A stretch of DNA of 24,443 nucleotides from Sulfurospirillum sp. (GCA_045047115.1 JASFYR010000026.1:1-24443), one strand, 5' to 3'; positions 9,235-17,893 are shown, counted from the stretch's first letter. Notes: a model not told the origin generated them from the sequence alone. Numbers and translations are program-made.

Positions 9235-9240
9235 ATTATA
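9235..9240 (-). promoter_or_regulatory. Probable sigma70 -10 box (TATAAT) for the MgtC/DUF4010 gene
   Basis: Minus strand reads aaaaactgTATAATatatt about 28 nt upstream of the start codon. Confidence 0.5.
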
Positions 9241-9292
9241 CAGTTTTTATGTATAAAGACAATAATTTATAGTCTTTAAGTATATTTTTTAA

Positions 9293-10990
9293 CTATTTTA
9301 TAAGTTTGATAGTAAAAAGAGCTCCGCTTTTTGTATTTTTAATATCTATGTATCCGTGCATATTATCTTCTATGATAATCTTGCTCATATATAGACCGAT
9401 TCCTGTCCCTTTTGTAGCATGTTTGGTTGTGAAATAGGGCTCAAATATCCTATCTATATCTTTTTCTTTCACTCCTCCTGCATTATCCTCTATCTTTACA
9501 ACAGCGTATTTCTTCCCTTTTTTTAGAGTTAGTTTTATATATGGATTTTTTACTCTTCTTTCGACTAAAACATCTTTTGCATTTGAGAGTATATTTAGGA
9601 TTGCCTGGGAAAATTCTCTTGGATAACCAAAAATTTCACAATCTTCTTCTATATCAATCATAAAATCTATGCTATTGTATTTTAAAGATGATTCAATGAT
9701 AAAACTAACATTTCTACACTCTTCTTGAAGAAAAAATCTTGTCTTTTCCTTGGAAGGCTTAAAAAAGTTTTGAAAGTCACTGATGGTATTTGACATATGA
9801 GAGAGTATAAGATCACACTCTTCTATGCTCTTTTCAAAATCCTCATCACTCAAATCACTATGCTCTTTTTTTACCTGCATATTCATCAAAACTGCATTTA
9901 TCTCACCGAGTGGTTGTCGCCATTGGTGGGCAATATTGCTTATCATACTACCCATTGCAGCCAGTTTGCTTTGTTGAATAAGAAGTTTTTCTTGTTTTGT
10001 TTTCTCACTTATCTCCAAAACAATTCTATCTTCCAAATCATCAAGCATCTCATTCATCACCTCTTTTAGCCTGTTAAGCTCCATGGAACTTGCACTCTCA
10101 ACCAATCTTCTATCCAAATTTCCTCTCTTTAAATCACTTACAACACTTGTGGCATCCTCTATAAGCCTTATATCTTTTTTGAGTTTTTGCCTTAAAACAA
10201 CTATATTGGCATTTATCATATTTGCCATTTCACCAAACTCATCTGTACTTTTTAATTCTAACTTTATCGTCTCATCTTTATCTATCTTTCGACCCAAGAG
10301 ATCAAAAAATTTACCCAAACCCTGCTGAACACTCTCCATAGAAAATACAATGCTGCGAGCAATCAAAAAACCAAAAATTAGAGTCAAAACTATTACTGCC
10401 ATAACACCTGCAGTTATAATTTTTTGTTTTTTTGAAAAGCTTATTTTTGCTTTTTGAAAAGTCTCATATGAATTTTCCAATTGCTCTGCTTGAATCTCTT
10501 TTAATTTAGATATTAATATATAAAACTGTTTTCTTTCAATGCTTTTAGTATGCGCAAAACCCCCTGTTTTGTATCCCGGTTTTATATATCCATCTGCTGA
10601 GTAAACAAATCTTTTGTAGTTTTTATAACCATTTTTGACAAAAATCAACTCTTTATAGCTTTCCCATATATTTCTAAGTTTATCGTTAAGCGAACTAAAG
10701 GAGTAGTCTAAATCTTCCACCATTTGGGTCAAACTAGTAGCGATATCTCTCTTGTACTCTCCATTAGGTGCAACAACCAAAGATAGTGTAGCTTCTCTTA
10801 GTTTAAAGAGTGGGATTATATATTTATGTTGTATATTTTCTACTTTTTTAGAGTCTTTAAAAACATCCTTTACCCTCTCAAGCCCATCTTCAAGGATATT
10901 TTGCGCCAATAAAGACATAAGTACGATAGCTGTGACTCCGAGCAGAGCCATAAGTAAAAATTTATATCTAATTTTAAGATATTTGATCAT
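9293..10990 (-). CDS. Sensor histidine kinase with helical periplasmic domain and chemoreceptor-type HAMP region
   Basis: Two TM helices flanking a helical periplasmic domain. H-box NIAHQWRQPL, NILSNAKD, IEDNAGG, IFEPYFTTK, GTGIGLYMS. Confidence 0.94.
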   Translation of the reverse strand: MIKYLKIRYKFLLMALLGVTAIVLMSLLAQNILEDGLERVKDVFKDSKKVENIQHKYIIPLFKLREATLSLVVAPNGEYKRDIATSLTQMVEDLDYSFSSLNDKLRNIWESYKELIFVKNGYKNYKRFVYSADGYIKPGYKTGGFAHTKSIERKQFYILISKLKEIQAEQLENSYETFQKAKISFSKKQKIITAGVMAVIVLTLIFGFLIARSIVFSMESVQQGLGKFFDLLGRKIDKDETIKLELKSTDEFGEMANMINANIVVLRQKLKKDIRLIEDATSVVSDLKRGNLDRRLVESASSMELNRLKEVMNEMLDDLEDRIVLEISEKTKQEKLLIQQSKLAAMGSMISNIAHQWRQPLGEINAVLMNMQVKKEHSDLSDEDFEKSIEECDLILSHMSNTISDFQNFFKPSKEKTRFFLQEECRNVSFIIESSLKYNSIDFMIDIEEDCEIFGYPREFSQAILNILSNAKDVLVERRVKNPYIKLTLKKGKKYAVVKIEDNAGGVKEKDIDRIFEPYFTTKHATKGTGIGLYMSKIIIEDNMHGYIDIKNTKSGALFTIKLIK

Positions 10991-11672
10991 TCAGTCTATA
11001 ACCTATACCGGAGAGATTTTTTATGTAATCCTTTGGAAATTTTTGCCGTATATTTTTTACTAAAGATTTTAGTGCATCATCACTCATAATCTCATCTTGC
11101 CAGATATAGTTTTGCAATTCACTGTAAGTCACTACTCTGTATCTATTTTGAATCAAAAGCTCAAAAAATGCTATCTCTTTTTTGCTTAACTTTATGACTT
11201 TATCTCCACATGTAAGTATCTTACTGTCAAAATCATAGCTATATTCCCCGGGTAAATCTCTTATGAGTGCACGATTTTTTGATATAACATCTACACACTT
11301 TTGAAGTGTATTTTTTAAATCAGTAAGATTGATAGGTTTTATGATGTACTGCTCAAGATGCAAATCAACTGCACGAAGCAAATACTCTTTGTCGGTATGG
11401 GCTGTAATTATAGCGATAGGGGTTTTATTATCACCTTTTCTGATAGCTCTTACTAACTCTATGCCATCTAGTATCGGCATCATTATATCAGTAAAAAGTA
11501 TATCTGGTTTATATTCCTTATAGAGTTTCAAAGCTTCTTGACCATTTTGTGCCTCTATAACCTCTTTTACATAGTATCTGAGGGAATCAGATACTTTTTT
11601 TCTGATTCCCTCTTCATCTTCGGCGTATAGAAGAGTAAGTGTCTTTAACTTCTCTAAAAATATCTTATCCAT
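10974..11672 (-). CDS. OmpR-family two-component response regulator
   Basis: LLYAEDE, LFTDIMMP, YIIKP receiver motifs plus winged helix (ALKSLVKNIRQK, SGIGYRL). ATG 11672 fits the AAGGA spacing better than GTG 11675. Confidence 0.95.
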   Translation of the reverse strand: MDKIFLEKLKTLTLLYAEDEEGIRKKVSDSLRYYVKEVIEAQNGQEALKLYKEYKPDILFTDIMMPILDGIELVRAIRKGDNKTPIAIITAHTDKEYLLRAVDLHLEQYIIKPINLTDLKNTLQKCVDVISKNRALIRDLPGEYSYDFDSKILTCGDKVIKLSKKEIAFFELLIQNRYRVVTYSELQNYIWQDEIMSDDALKSLVKNIRQKFPKDYIKNLSGIGYRLNDQIS

Positions 11673-11705
11673 CACAATTCCTTAGAGAATTTTACCGACT
11701 TTTGC

Positions 11706-12257
11706 CTAATTACTCTCTTTAAGTATGCCGTCTTTTGCAAAAGCTCTTAAAAATCTCAAAATCTCAACATTTTGTTTTTTTGTAGTTTTTGCTTTATACT
11801 TCATGCTTCCAAAAAGTGCATTCCAATCTTGCATGCTATGATGCTCTACAATCTTGGCATGATGACACTTGGTACACTTATCATAAAAGAGATCTGAGCC
11901 TTTTGACCAAGCCTCATCCATATCACTGGTAAGAGATTTTTTTGGAACATTAACCACCAATACTCCTCTGTCACCTTTGATTTTTATCAAACCTGGTTTT
12001 TTGGCAACTGCAAGCAGAAGCTTAAGGTTTTTAGTAGCAAAAAGTTTGGTTTTATCTTTTTTTCCGACAAATCCATTCAATTTGACCTTTACCATATCAC
12101 CACTAGCAGATATCTTATCAACAGGTGTACCACTATAGAGTGTCACCTGTTGATTTTTAAGAGGGAGCTTTACCCCTTTTTCGATATAAATATATAATTT
12201 AGCCTGAAGCCCTATACTAAAGATACAAGCTATCAAGATACTTAAGAAAAATCTCAT
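11706..12257 (-). CDS. Periplasmic monoheme c-type cytochrome, probable partner of the molybdoenzyme (resembles the TorC C-terminal domain / Campylobacter TorB)
   Basis: Sec signal peptide, one CxxCH (CTKCH) near the C-terminus followed by W..LFGSM (candidate Met axial ligand). Lies 18 nt downstream of the Mo enzyme. Confidence 0.85.
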   Translation of the reverse strand: MRFFLSILIACIFSIGLQAKLYIYIEKGVKLPLKNQQVTLYSGTPVDKISASGDMVKVKLNGFVGKKDKTKLFATKNLKLLLAVAKKPGLIKIKGDRGVLVVNVPKKSLTSDMDEAWSKGSDLFYDKCTKCHHAKIVEHHSMQDWNALFGSMKYKAKTTKKQNVEILRFLRAFAKDGILKESN

Positions 12258-12275
12258 ATTTGCTCCCCTTACACT

Positions 12276-14663
12276 TTAAACATTTGTAACTTTAGGCATC
12301 AAATGTGCTTGATTTGGCACAATTTCGCCCTCCGCTTTTTTGATAGCCACTAAAACTGTATTTGCCGTACAAGATTGTGATGCTTGCGAAGTTGGTCTTG
12401 AAGAGGTTAAAACATTTGGTTGTCCGCTGTTACCTCTACTATCATCTTTCATAGGATCTTCAGGACTATACCATGTTCCCTCTTCGATAGCAACAACCCC
12501 TTCTCTTATATCATCAGTGACAACGGCACCAACCAACAATCTTCCCCGCTCATTATAGACTTCCACTAAATCACCGCTTACAATTCCATATTTTTTGGCA
12601 TCTTTTGGATTGATTCTCATCGGCTCTCTGCCTTTGATTTTATACAACTCGGCTATCCATGTATTGTCAAGCTGTGAGTGTTTTCTGTATGTAGCATGTG
12701 GAGACAACAAGTGCAATGGGTACTTTTTCGTAAGCTTGCTTCCCAACCACTCAGCCGGCTCAAACCATGTAACATGGCCCTTGAAATCTTTGTAGTCAAA
12801 ATCTGCAAATTTTTGGCAGAAGATTTGAATTTTCCCACTCTTTGTTTTTAAAGGATTTTTGATAGGATTTTTTCTAAAGTCACCCTGTCTTACATATTTA
12901 TACGCTTCTTTTGGTATCTTATATCTTATAGATCCCTGCTCCCAAAACTTATCGAAACTTGTTGTTTTGGCTGCATCTGAACTTTCATAAAAAGCTTTTA
13001 TATGTTCCATAACACTCTTGCCTTCGGTAAATTTTTTATACTGTTTTTCACCAAACTCTTTTGCCAAAAGTGAATAAATTTCATAATCATCTTTTGCTTC
13101 ATATGGATTATCAACAACTTTTTTCATAGCAAAAATTCTATCTCCGGAGTAACTGCCACTAAGCAGACTTATATCATCTCTTTCCAAAATATTTGTAGCA
13201 GGCAGAACGATATCTGCCATCTTTGCAGTTGGAGTCCACCACGGATCTTGCACTATAAGAGTATCAAGCTTTCTTATGCCTTTTATCAATTCATTTATAT
13301 CTTGCTGATGTCCTATATTGTTAGCACCTGCAACATACATCAATTTGATATGCGGAAGTTTTAGTTTTTCACCCATAAAATTGATCACTTTTCCAGGATT
13401 TAAAAGTGTTTCATTGATTCTTGAAGCAGGAATTATTGATTTAACCCTGTTTCTGCCTTGAGAGAATCCTCCAGGTCCAGTTTTACCTGCACTTGCTTGT
13501 CCCCCACCACCATAGTGAAGTGAAAATCCAAACCCTCCACCGGGAAGCCCGACTTGACCTATCATAGACGCCAAAGTAATAATACCCCATTGAAACTGCT
13601 CTCCATGTTGCGCTCTTTGACCAGCCCAGTTTCCTGCTATCAAAGTTCTGTGAGAAACAAATAAATCTGCCAACTCTTTTATCTTTTGCGCCGGTACTTC
13701 TGTTATCTTAGCTGCCCACTGCGGAGTCTTTGCAATACCGTCTGTTTTCCCTAAAAGATATGGTACAAATTTATCAAATCCATCAGTATATTTTTTGATA
13801 AAATCTTTATCGTATTTACCAGTAGTATATAGATAATTCATCATACCAAGCATCAAAGCAACATCTGTGTTTGGCCTGATATGTATGCACTCTGCATCAA
13901 ACATCTTTGCAGTCTCTGTTTTAATAGGATCTATAGAGATAAACTTCATACCGGATTTTCTGTACTTCACATAATACTCATCATTTTTTCTATTTGCAAC
14001 CGCAAAATCTATCTTGTTTGTTTTAAACAGATCAGCTCCCCACATAACATAAACTTGTGTATTTGGAAGTATCTGCTCATGTGCAGTTTGAAGAGAATAT
14101 ACCTCTATATCTCCAACAACATCAGGATTAGTGCGAAGTGCAGCCCCAACACTAAAATCTCCATCAATATTTACAGAGCCACCTTTTACGATATTGAAAA
14201 ATCTACCCGCCAATGTCGGACAATAATTTACCAATCCAGGATGTGCCCATCCGTCGGTAGTACCGTTGTATATGCTCTCTCTTGGTGTATCTTTAAGTTT
14301 TTTAGCTACTAATTTAAGCGCTTTCTTCCAAGAAACTCTCACAAACTCTTCTTTACCTCTTAAGGCTTTGTTGCCAGCTTTTCCCTCTAAGAAAGATTTT
14401 CTAACATATGGATACTTTACGCGGGAATTGGAGTAGTTTCTATCTACCAATGCCTTCATCATACCTGGTCTGCTATCTTTTCCCTGAGGTTCTATGTCAA
14501 TAATTTTCCCATCTTGAACATAAGCATAAAATGCACCAAAGTGACTGGCACTCGGAATTTTTTTTACTGGAGAAAAGAGCTCAGTCGCCCCTACTGAACT
14601 GGCACTCAAAGCTGCTGTAGCAGCAACACTTCCTTGCAAAAACCTTCTTCTTGTAATACTCAT
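12276..14663 (-). CDS. Tat-exported Mo/W-bis-PGD oxidoreductase, TorA/DorA/BisC (S-/N-oxide reductase) clade of the DMSO reductase family
   Basis: Twin-arginine leader MSITRRRFLQ; SHFGAF, RVKYPYVRKSFL, FVRVSW, GDFSVGA (Ser ligand), IRPNTDVALMLG, TAKMADIVLPAT, HSQLDN. No N-terminal Fe-S cysteine motif. ATG 14663 has an AAAGGA RBS. Confidence 0.92.
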   Translation of the reverse strand: MSITRRRFLQGSVAATAALSASSVGATELFSPVKKIPSASHFGAFYAYVQDGKIIDIEPQGKDSRPGMMKALVDRNYSNSRVKYPYVRKSFLEGKAGNKALRGKEEFVRVSWKKALKLVAKKLKDTPRESIYNGTTDGWAHPGLVNYCPTLAGRFFNIVKGGSVNIDGDFSVGAALRTNPDVVGDIEVYSLQTAHEQILPNTQVYVMWGADLFKTNKIDFAVANRKNDEYYVKYRKSGMKFISIDPIKTETAKMFDAECIHIRPNTDVALMLGMMNYLYTTGKYDKDFIKKYTDGFDKFVPYLLGKTDGIAKTPQWAAKITEVPAQKIKELADLFVSHRTLIAGNWAGQRAQHGEQFQWGIITLASMIGQVGLPGGGFGFSLHYGGGGQASAGKTGPGGFSQGRNRVKSIIPASRINETLLNPGKVINFMGEKLKLPHIKLMYVAGANNIGHQQDINELIKGIRKLDTLIVQDPWWTPTAKMADIVLPATNILERDDISLLSGSYSGDRIFAMKKVVDNPYEAKDDYEIYSLLAKEFGEKQYKKFTEGKSVMEHIKAFYESSDAAKTTSFDKFWEQGSIRYKIPKEAYKYVRQGDFRKNPIKNPLKTKSGKIQIFCQKFADFDYKDFKGHVTWFEPAEWLGSKLTKKYPLHLLSPHATYRKHSQLDNTWIAELYKIKGREPMRINPKDAKKYGIVSGDLVEVYNERGRLLVGAVVTDDIREGVVAIEEGTWYSPEDPMKDDSRGNSGQPNVLTSSRPTSQASQSCTANTVLVAIKKAEGEIVPNQAHLMPKVTNV

Positions 14664-14693
14664 TTTGTATCCTTTCTGATGTTTGTTAAAGAG

Positions 14694-14729
14694 AGTATAA
14701 AACAAAAAAGTGGCAAAAAAGTGGCAAAA
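14694..14729 (-). promoter_or_regulatory. Promoter of the molybdoenzyme operon: 11-bp tandem direct repeat plus -10 box TATACT
   Basis: On +, CAAAAAAGTGG occurs twice (14703-14713, 14714-14724) followed by a partial CAAAA. On -, this reads TTTTGCCACTTTTTTGCCACTTTTTTG-ttt-TATACT (-10 at 14694-14699). Confidence 0.65.
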
Positions 14730-14730
14730 G

Positions 14731-15465
14731 CTAAATTAATTTCATTATCATTTTTATAGCTATAAGATATAAAACTATCCCTATGAGTTTTTTTACCTGT
14801 GACTGAGATAGCTTAAAGTGCATAATCTTTCCACCGAGATATCCTCCTATCAGGGCTGCTGCTGTTACATCTGCGAGTAAAAACCAATCCATCTGCACAA
14901 ACTGCAGATAAGTCATAAATGCACCAAAAGAGGAAAATGGGATGACAAAGCTGACTCCATAAGCTGCTTTTTTAGCATCAAACCCCAAAAGAACAAGAAG
15001 TGGCATTATCAAAGCTCCGCCACCGACTCCAAGCATTCCTGAAATGATACCAACACTAAAACCTATGACATATAGCACCCATGTTTTTGTATAAGTTGTC
15101 TTTGATGCTCTTTTATAAAAGAGCATCAAAGTTGCACTAATAAGTAAAAATACTATCAACATCCACATCAAAATCTTATGATCTACATACTGTGAAAGAT
15201 AAGCTCCGATAGGCGTTGAAATTAAAACAGCAATCACTAAAGGTAGAACAAATTTAAAATCAAGCACACCTCTATAGAAATTCATAACACTGGCACTAAA
15301 TGTAGAGGATGTATTTACAAACAGGGCAAGGGCTCGAGAGAGGTTGAAACTCTGCCCGAGCATAGGAAATATCGATACTAAAGCTATCGCACTACCAACT
15401 CCACCCATAGCAAAAAAGGTGGAGAAAAACAGTGTGACTAGGAAATATAATATATAATCATACAT
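14731..15465 (-). CDS. Sulfite exporter TauE/SafE (TSUP) family protein
   Basis: Two 4-TM repeats with the Gly-rich motifs AMGGVGSA and ISGMLGVGGGALIMPLL; 244 aa. Confidence 0.92.
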   Translation of the reverse strand: MYDYILYFLVTLFFSTFFAMGGVGSAIALVSIFPMLGQSFNLSRALALFVNTSSTFSASVMNFYRGVLDFKFVLPLVIAVLISTPIGAYLSQYVDHKILMWMLIVFLLISATLMLFYKRASKTTYTKTWVLYVIGFSVGIISGMLGVGGGALIMPLLVLLGFDAKKAAYGVSFVIPFSSFGAFMTYLQFVQMDWFLLADVTAAALIGGYLGGKIMHFKLSQSQVKKLIGIVLYLIAIKMIMKLI

Positions 15466-15468
15466 CGT

Positions 15469-15834
15469 CTAATCCAAGTGTATATCTTTTGCGCTTCCAC
15501 CTTTTAGTCTCTCCATCAAAGCTAACAATCCAGCGTTTAGTGTTTTAGCTTCAAAACCCTTGTATCTTAGATACTCTTTTGCCATGCTTGCTCTATACTC
15601 CTCAGGACAGGCACAAACTATCATCTTGTCTTTTGGAAGTTCACCTAGTCTATCGGGAAGTTCATTATATGGAATATTTTTAGAAAATGACAAATTCCAG
15701 ACTTTTACTTCAAAAGGCATTCGTATATCAAGCAAAATCGCTTCACCGCTGTTATATTTTTCTATAAAAGTCTCTACATCTATCTTCATTGGTTTTACAC
15801 TTTTTAGTGGTGTATTTCTTACCATTTCATCCAT
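15469..15834 (-). CDS. Single-domain rhodanese-like sulfurtransferase
   Basis: LLDIRMPFE, IPYNELPDRLGELPKDKMIVCAC-PEEYRA (catalytic Cys loop), LNAGL. ATG 15834 follows AAAGGT and sits 1 nt after the upstream stop; the track start at 15867 overlaps the upstream gene. Confidence 0.9.
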   Translation of the reverse strand: MDEMVRNTPLKSVKPMKIDVETFIEKYNSGEAILLDIRMPFEVKVWNLSFSKNIPYNELPDRLGELPKDKMIVCACPEEYRASMAKEYLRYKGFEAKTLNAGLLALMERLKGGSAKDIHLD

Positions 15835-15835
15835 A

Positions 15836-16030
15836 TCATTTACCTTTGTTTTCTTCTCTAAGTTCATCCAATGCCTCTTGCATCACCCTTAAAATCTCAT
15901 CCGAAGCTTCCTTGTCATCCATCTCAGGAACACTCCAGCCCTCAAAAGTCATATTTAATTTAAATACGGCTCTCATCTCCGCTCTTATCTCGCTCTTGAG
16001 TGCATCAATACCCTTGGTTGTCTGATTCAT
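15836..16030 (-). CDS. Small acidic hypothetical protein (64 aa)
   Basis: GGGAG RBS before ATG. It fills the gap between the APC permease (26-nt overlap) and the rhodanese. Helical, acidic sequence with a W-x-V-P-E motif. Confidence 0.72.
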   Translation of the reverse strand: MNQTTKGIDALKSEIRAEMRAVFKLNMTFEGWSVPEMDDKEASDEILRVMQEALDELREENKGK

Positions 16031-17318
16031 GATTATTCTCCCTGATTTGTTTTTGTACCACTCTTTTTGTAGCTAGTCTAAGTATCATCTCCAGTGCATA
16101 AGAGAGTATAAAACCTCCTATTATATAGTAGCCAATATTTTCAACATGTTTTGAAGTATAAATAAAAGCCAATACTATCGTAGCGATAAGTGTAATGATA
16201 CTAAAGAGCAACACTGCTCTGTTTGCTCCTGTTTTATCTACTCTAAAAAGATGCCCCGTATGCACAAAGACATGTATAAAGAGTATATAGATTGAGCCTA
16301 TAGTTGCTATCTCATTTAATTTAAAAAATAGAATCATAACTATCAATAAAACGGCACTGACTATAAGTCCTTCGCTACTGTGGCATATGCTCCTCTCATA
16401 AACTTTAGGCAAATCTCCATCTTTTGCCATCTGATATGTTATATTTGTTGTGGCATACAGGTTAGCATTTATAGATGACGATGTCGATATAAGTGCGGCA
16501 ACCGCCATGATAGTAAATCCAATTTTTCCAAATACCGGTTTTGCTGCTTCAGCCAAGGCATAGTCTTGTGCTTTTATAATCTCTTTTAAAGGAAGATTTC
16601 CAAATACAGCAAAAACGACAGCTATATATAAAACCATAACGATAAGGATTGAGTATATCATAGCTTTCATCATCGTCTTTTTGGGGTTATCCATATCTTC
16701 TGCAGTATTTGCTATAACATTAAATCCGGCATAAGCAAAAAATGTCAAAGATATGGCAAAAAAAACATTATTTAGCGCAGGTGCGTCTTTGAAGGATAGA
16801 AATTCGGGTTTGATATAAAAAAATACAATAATAGTAAAGAAAATTATGATAGAGAGCTTTGTGATTACTATTATATTTTCGCTCTTGGCTATAAGCGAGC
16901 TTCCCGCCAGGTTTATAAATACAAAAATCAATACTATAACAATACTGTACAGATTTACAAAAAATTGAGAGGACTCTCCAAACATATGAGCGGCATATAC
17001 TCCGAATGTCTTTGCAACCATGGCGATACCCACAATTGCACTCAGATAAAAAAGTATGGAGACAGAACCTGAAAAAATTCCCTCCCCGTAACACTGAACA
17101 AGATATTCTACTATACCTCCTCTGCTAGGATATGCGCCTGCCAGTTTCGCCAGTGAATATCCCGCACTTAGAGCTATGATACCCCCCAGGATAAAAGATA
17201 CCCATACAAGATTTCCAGCTATCGCTCCAGACTCTCCAAGCAGTACAAATATACCGGCTCCAACCATTGAGCCGATACCTAAAAATATGGCACTCCATAA
17301 ACCAAAAGATTTTTTCAA
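16005..17318 (-). CDS. APC family amino-acid permease
   Basis: TM1 GIGSMVGAGIF, YPSRGG, TM6 FFAYAGF..IANTAEDMDNPKK, MAKDGDLP; about 12 TM. TTG start overlaps the HdeD stop (TTGA). Confidence 0.93.
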   Translation of the reverse strand: MKKSFGLWSAIFLGIGSMVGAGIFVLLGESGAIAGNLVWVSFILGGIIALSAGYSLAKLAGAYPSRGGIVEYLVQCYGEGIFSGSVSILFYLSAIVGIAMVAKTFGVYAAHMFGESSQFFVNLYSIVIVLIFVFINLAGSSLIAKSENIIVITKLSIIIFFTIIVFFYIKPEFLSFKDAPALNNVFFAISLTFFAYAGFNVIANTAEDMDNPKKTMMKAMIYSILIVMVLYIAVVFAVFGNLPLKEIIKAQDYALAEAAKPVFGKIGFTIMAVAALISTSSSINANLYATTNITYQMAKDGDLPKVYERSICHSSEGLIVSAVLLIVMILFFKLNEIATIGSIYILFIHVFVHTGHLFRVDKTGANRAVLLFSIITLIATIVLAFIYTSKHVENIGYYIIGGFILSYALEMILRLATKRVVQKQIRENNHESDNQGY

Positions 17319-17893
17319 CTTTTTTTCTCCAATTTACTCCAGATACTTCCACCTGCAAGCAGAGCAATTCCATCAAAGAAGAGGCTTATGCCTATAAATA
17401 ATCCAACCAAATATGTTGAACTAAAAGGCCATCCCACCATAAATATAATGCCTAAAATTAACGATATGAAAGAATTAAACAACCATATCCACCAGCCACT
17501 GTGTCCACGCATAGACATAGCAAGTCCAAACCCCGAAAAAGCATCCATAAAAAAGTAAAATACCAACATCAAACCGATAGCGGCAATTCCACTAATCGGA
17601 TAGTAAAGTATAAACAGTCCCATCAAAAACAGTACTAAACTCTTAAGCCATCCTAGCCAATCTTCTTTATTTGAAATCCAGGTAAAATATCCTGAAAAAA
17701 GCCCGGCAACTATCATCAAATAAGAGGCAAATGCAACTGTTGCGATAGAAAGTGCAAGTGGAAATATGATTCCTATCACTCCTAATATCACAAATACAAC
17801 ACCTGTAATCTTTGCATATTTGCTGAATTTTTTAAGTAACTCTTTTCCACCTTGTGGTAAATTTCCCTGCCATTTTTGAGAATGCGTCCACAT
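17315..17893 (-). CDS. HdeD/DUF308 family membrane protein
   Basis: Six TM helices in two DUF308-like repeats (GVVFVILGVIGIIFP; GWWIWLFNSFISLILG...WP..S.YLVGLFIGISLFFDG). Confidence 0.88.
   Translation of the reverse strand: MWTHSQKWQGNLPQGGKELLKKFSKYAKITGVVFVILGVIGIIFPLALSIATVAFASYLMIVAGLFSGYFTWISNKEDWLGWLKSLVLFLMGLFILYYPISGIAAIGLMLVFYFFMDAFSGFGLAMSMRGHSGWWIWLFNSFISLILGIIFMVGWPFSSTYLVGLFIGISLFFDGIALLAGGSIWSKLEKKS

Noticed and set aside
12276..14663. Selenocysteine or Fe-S-containing molybdoenzyme (Fdh, Nap, Psr/Phs, Ttr types)
   Set aside because: No in-frame TGA, no N-terminal CxxCxxxC cluster motif, and the ligand motif is Ser-type.
14664..14705. N-terminal extension MFYTLFNKHQKGYK of the molybdoenzyme (track start 14705)
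   Set aside because: That TTG lies inside the promoter repeat. ATG 14663 has an RBS and begins a canonical Tat leader.
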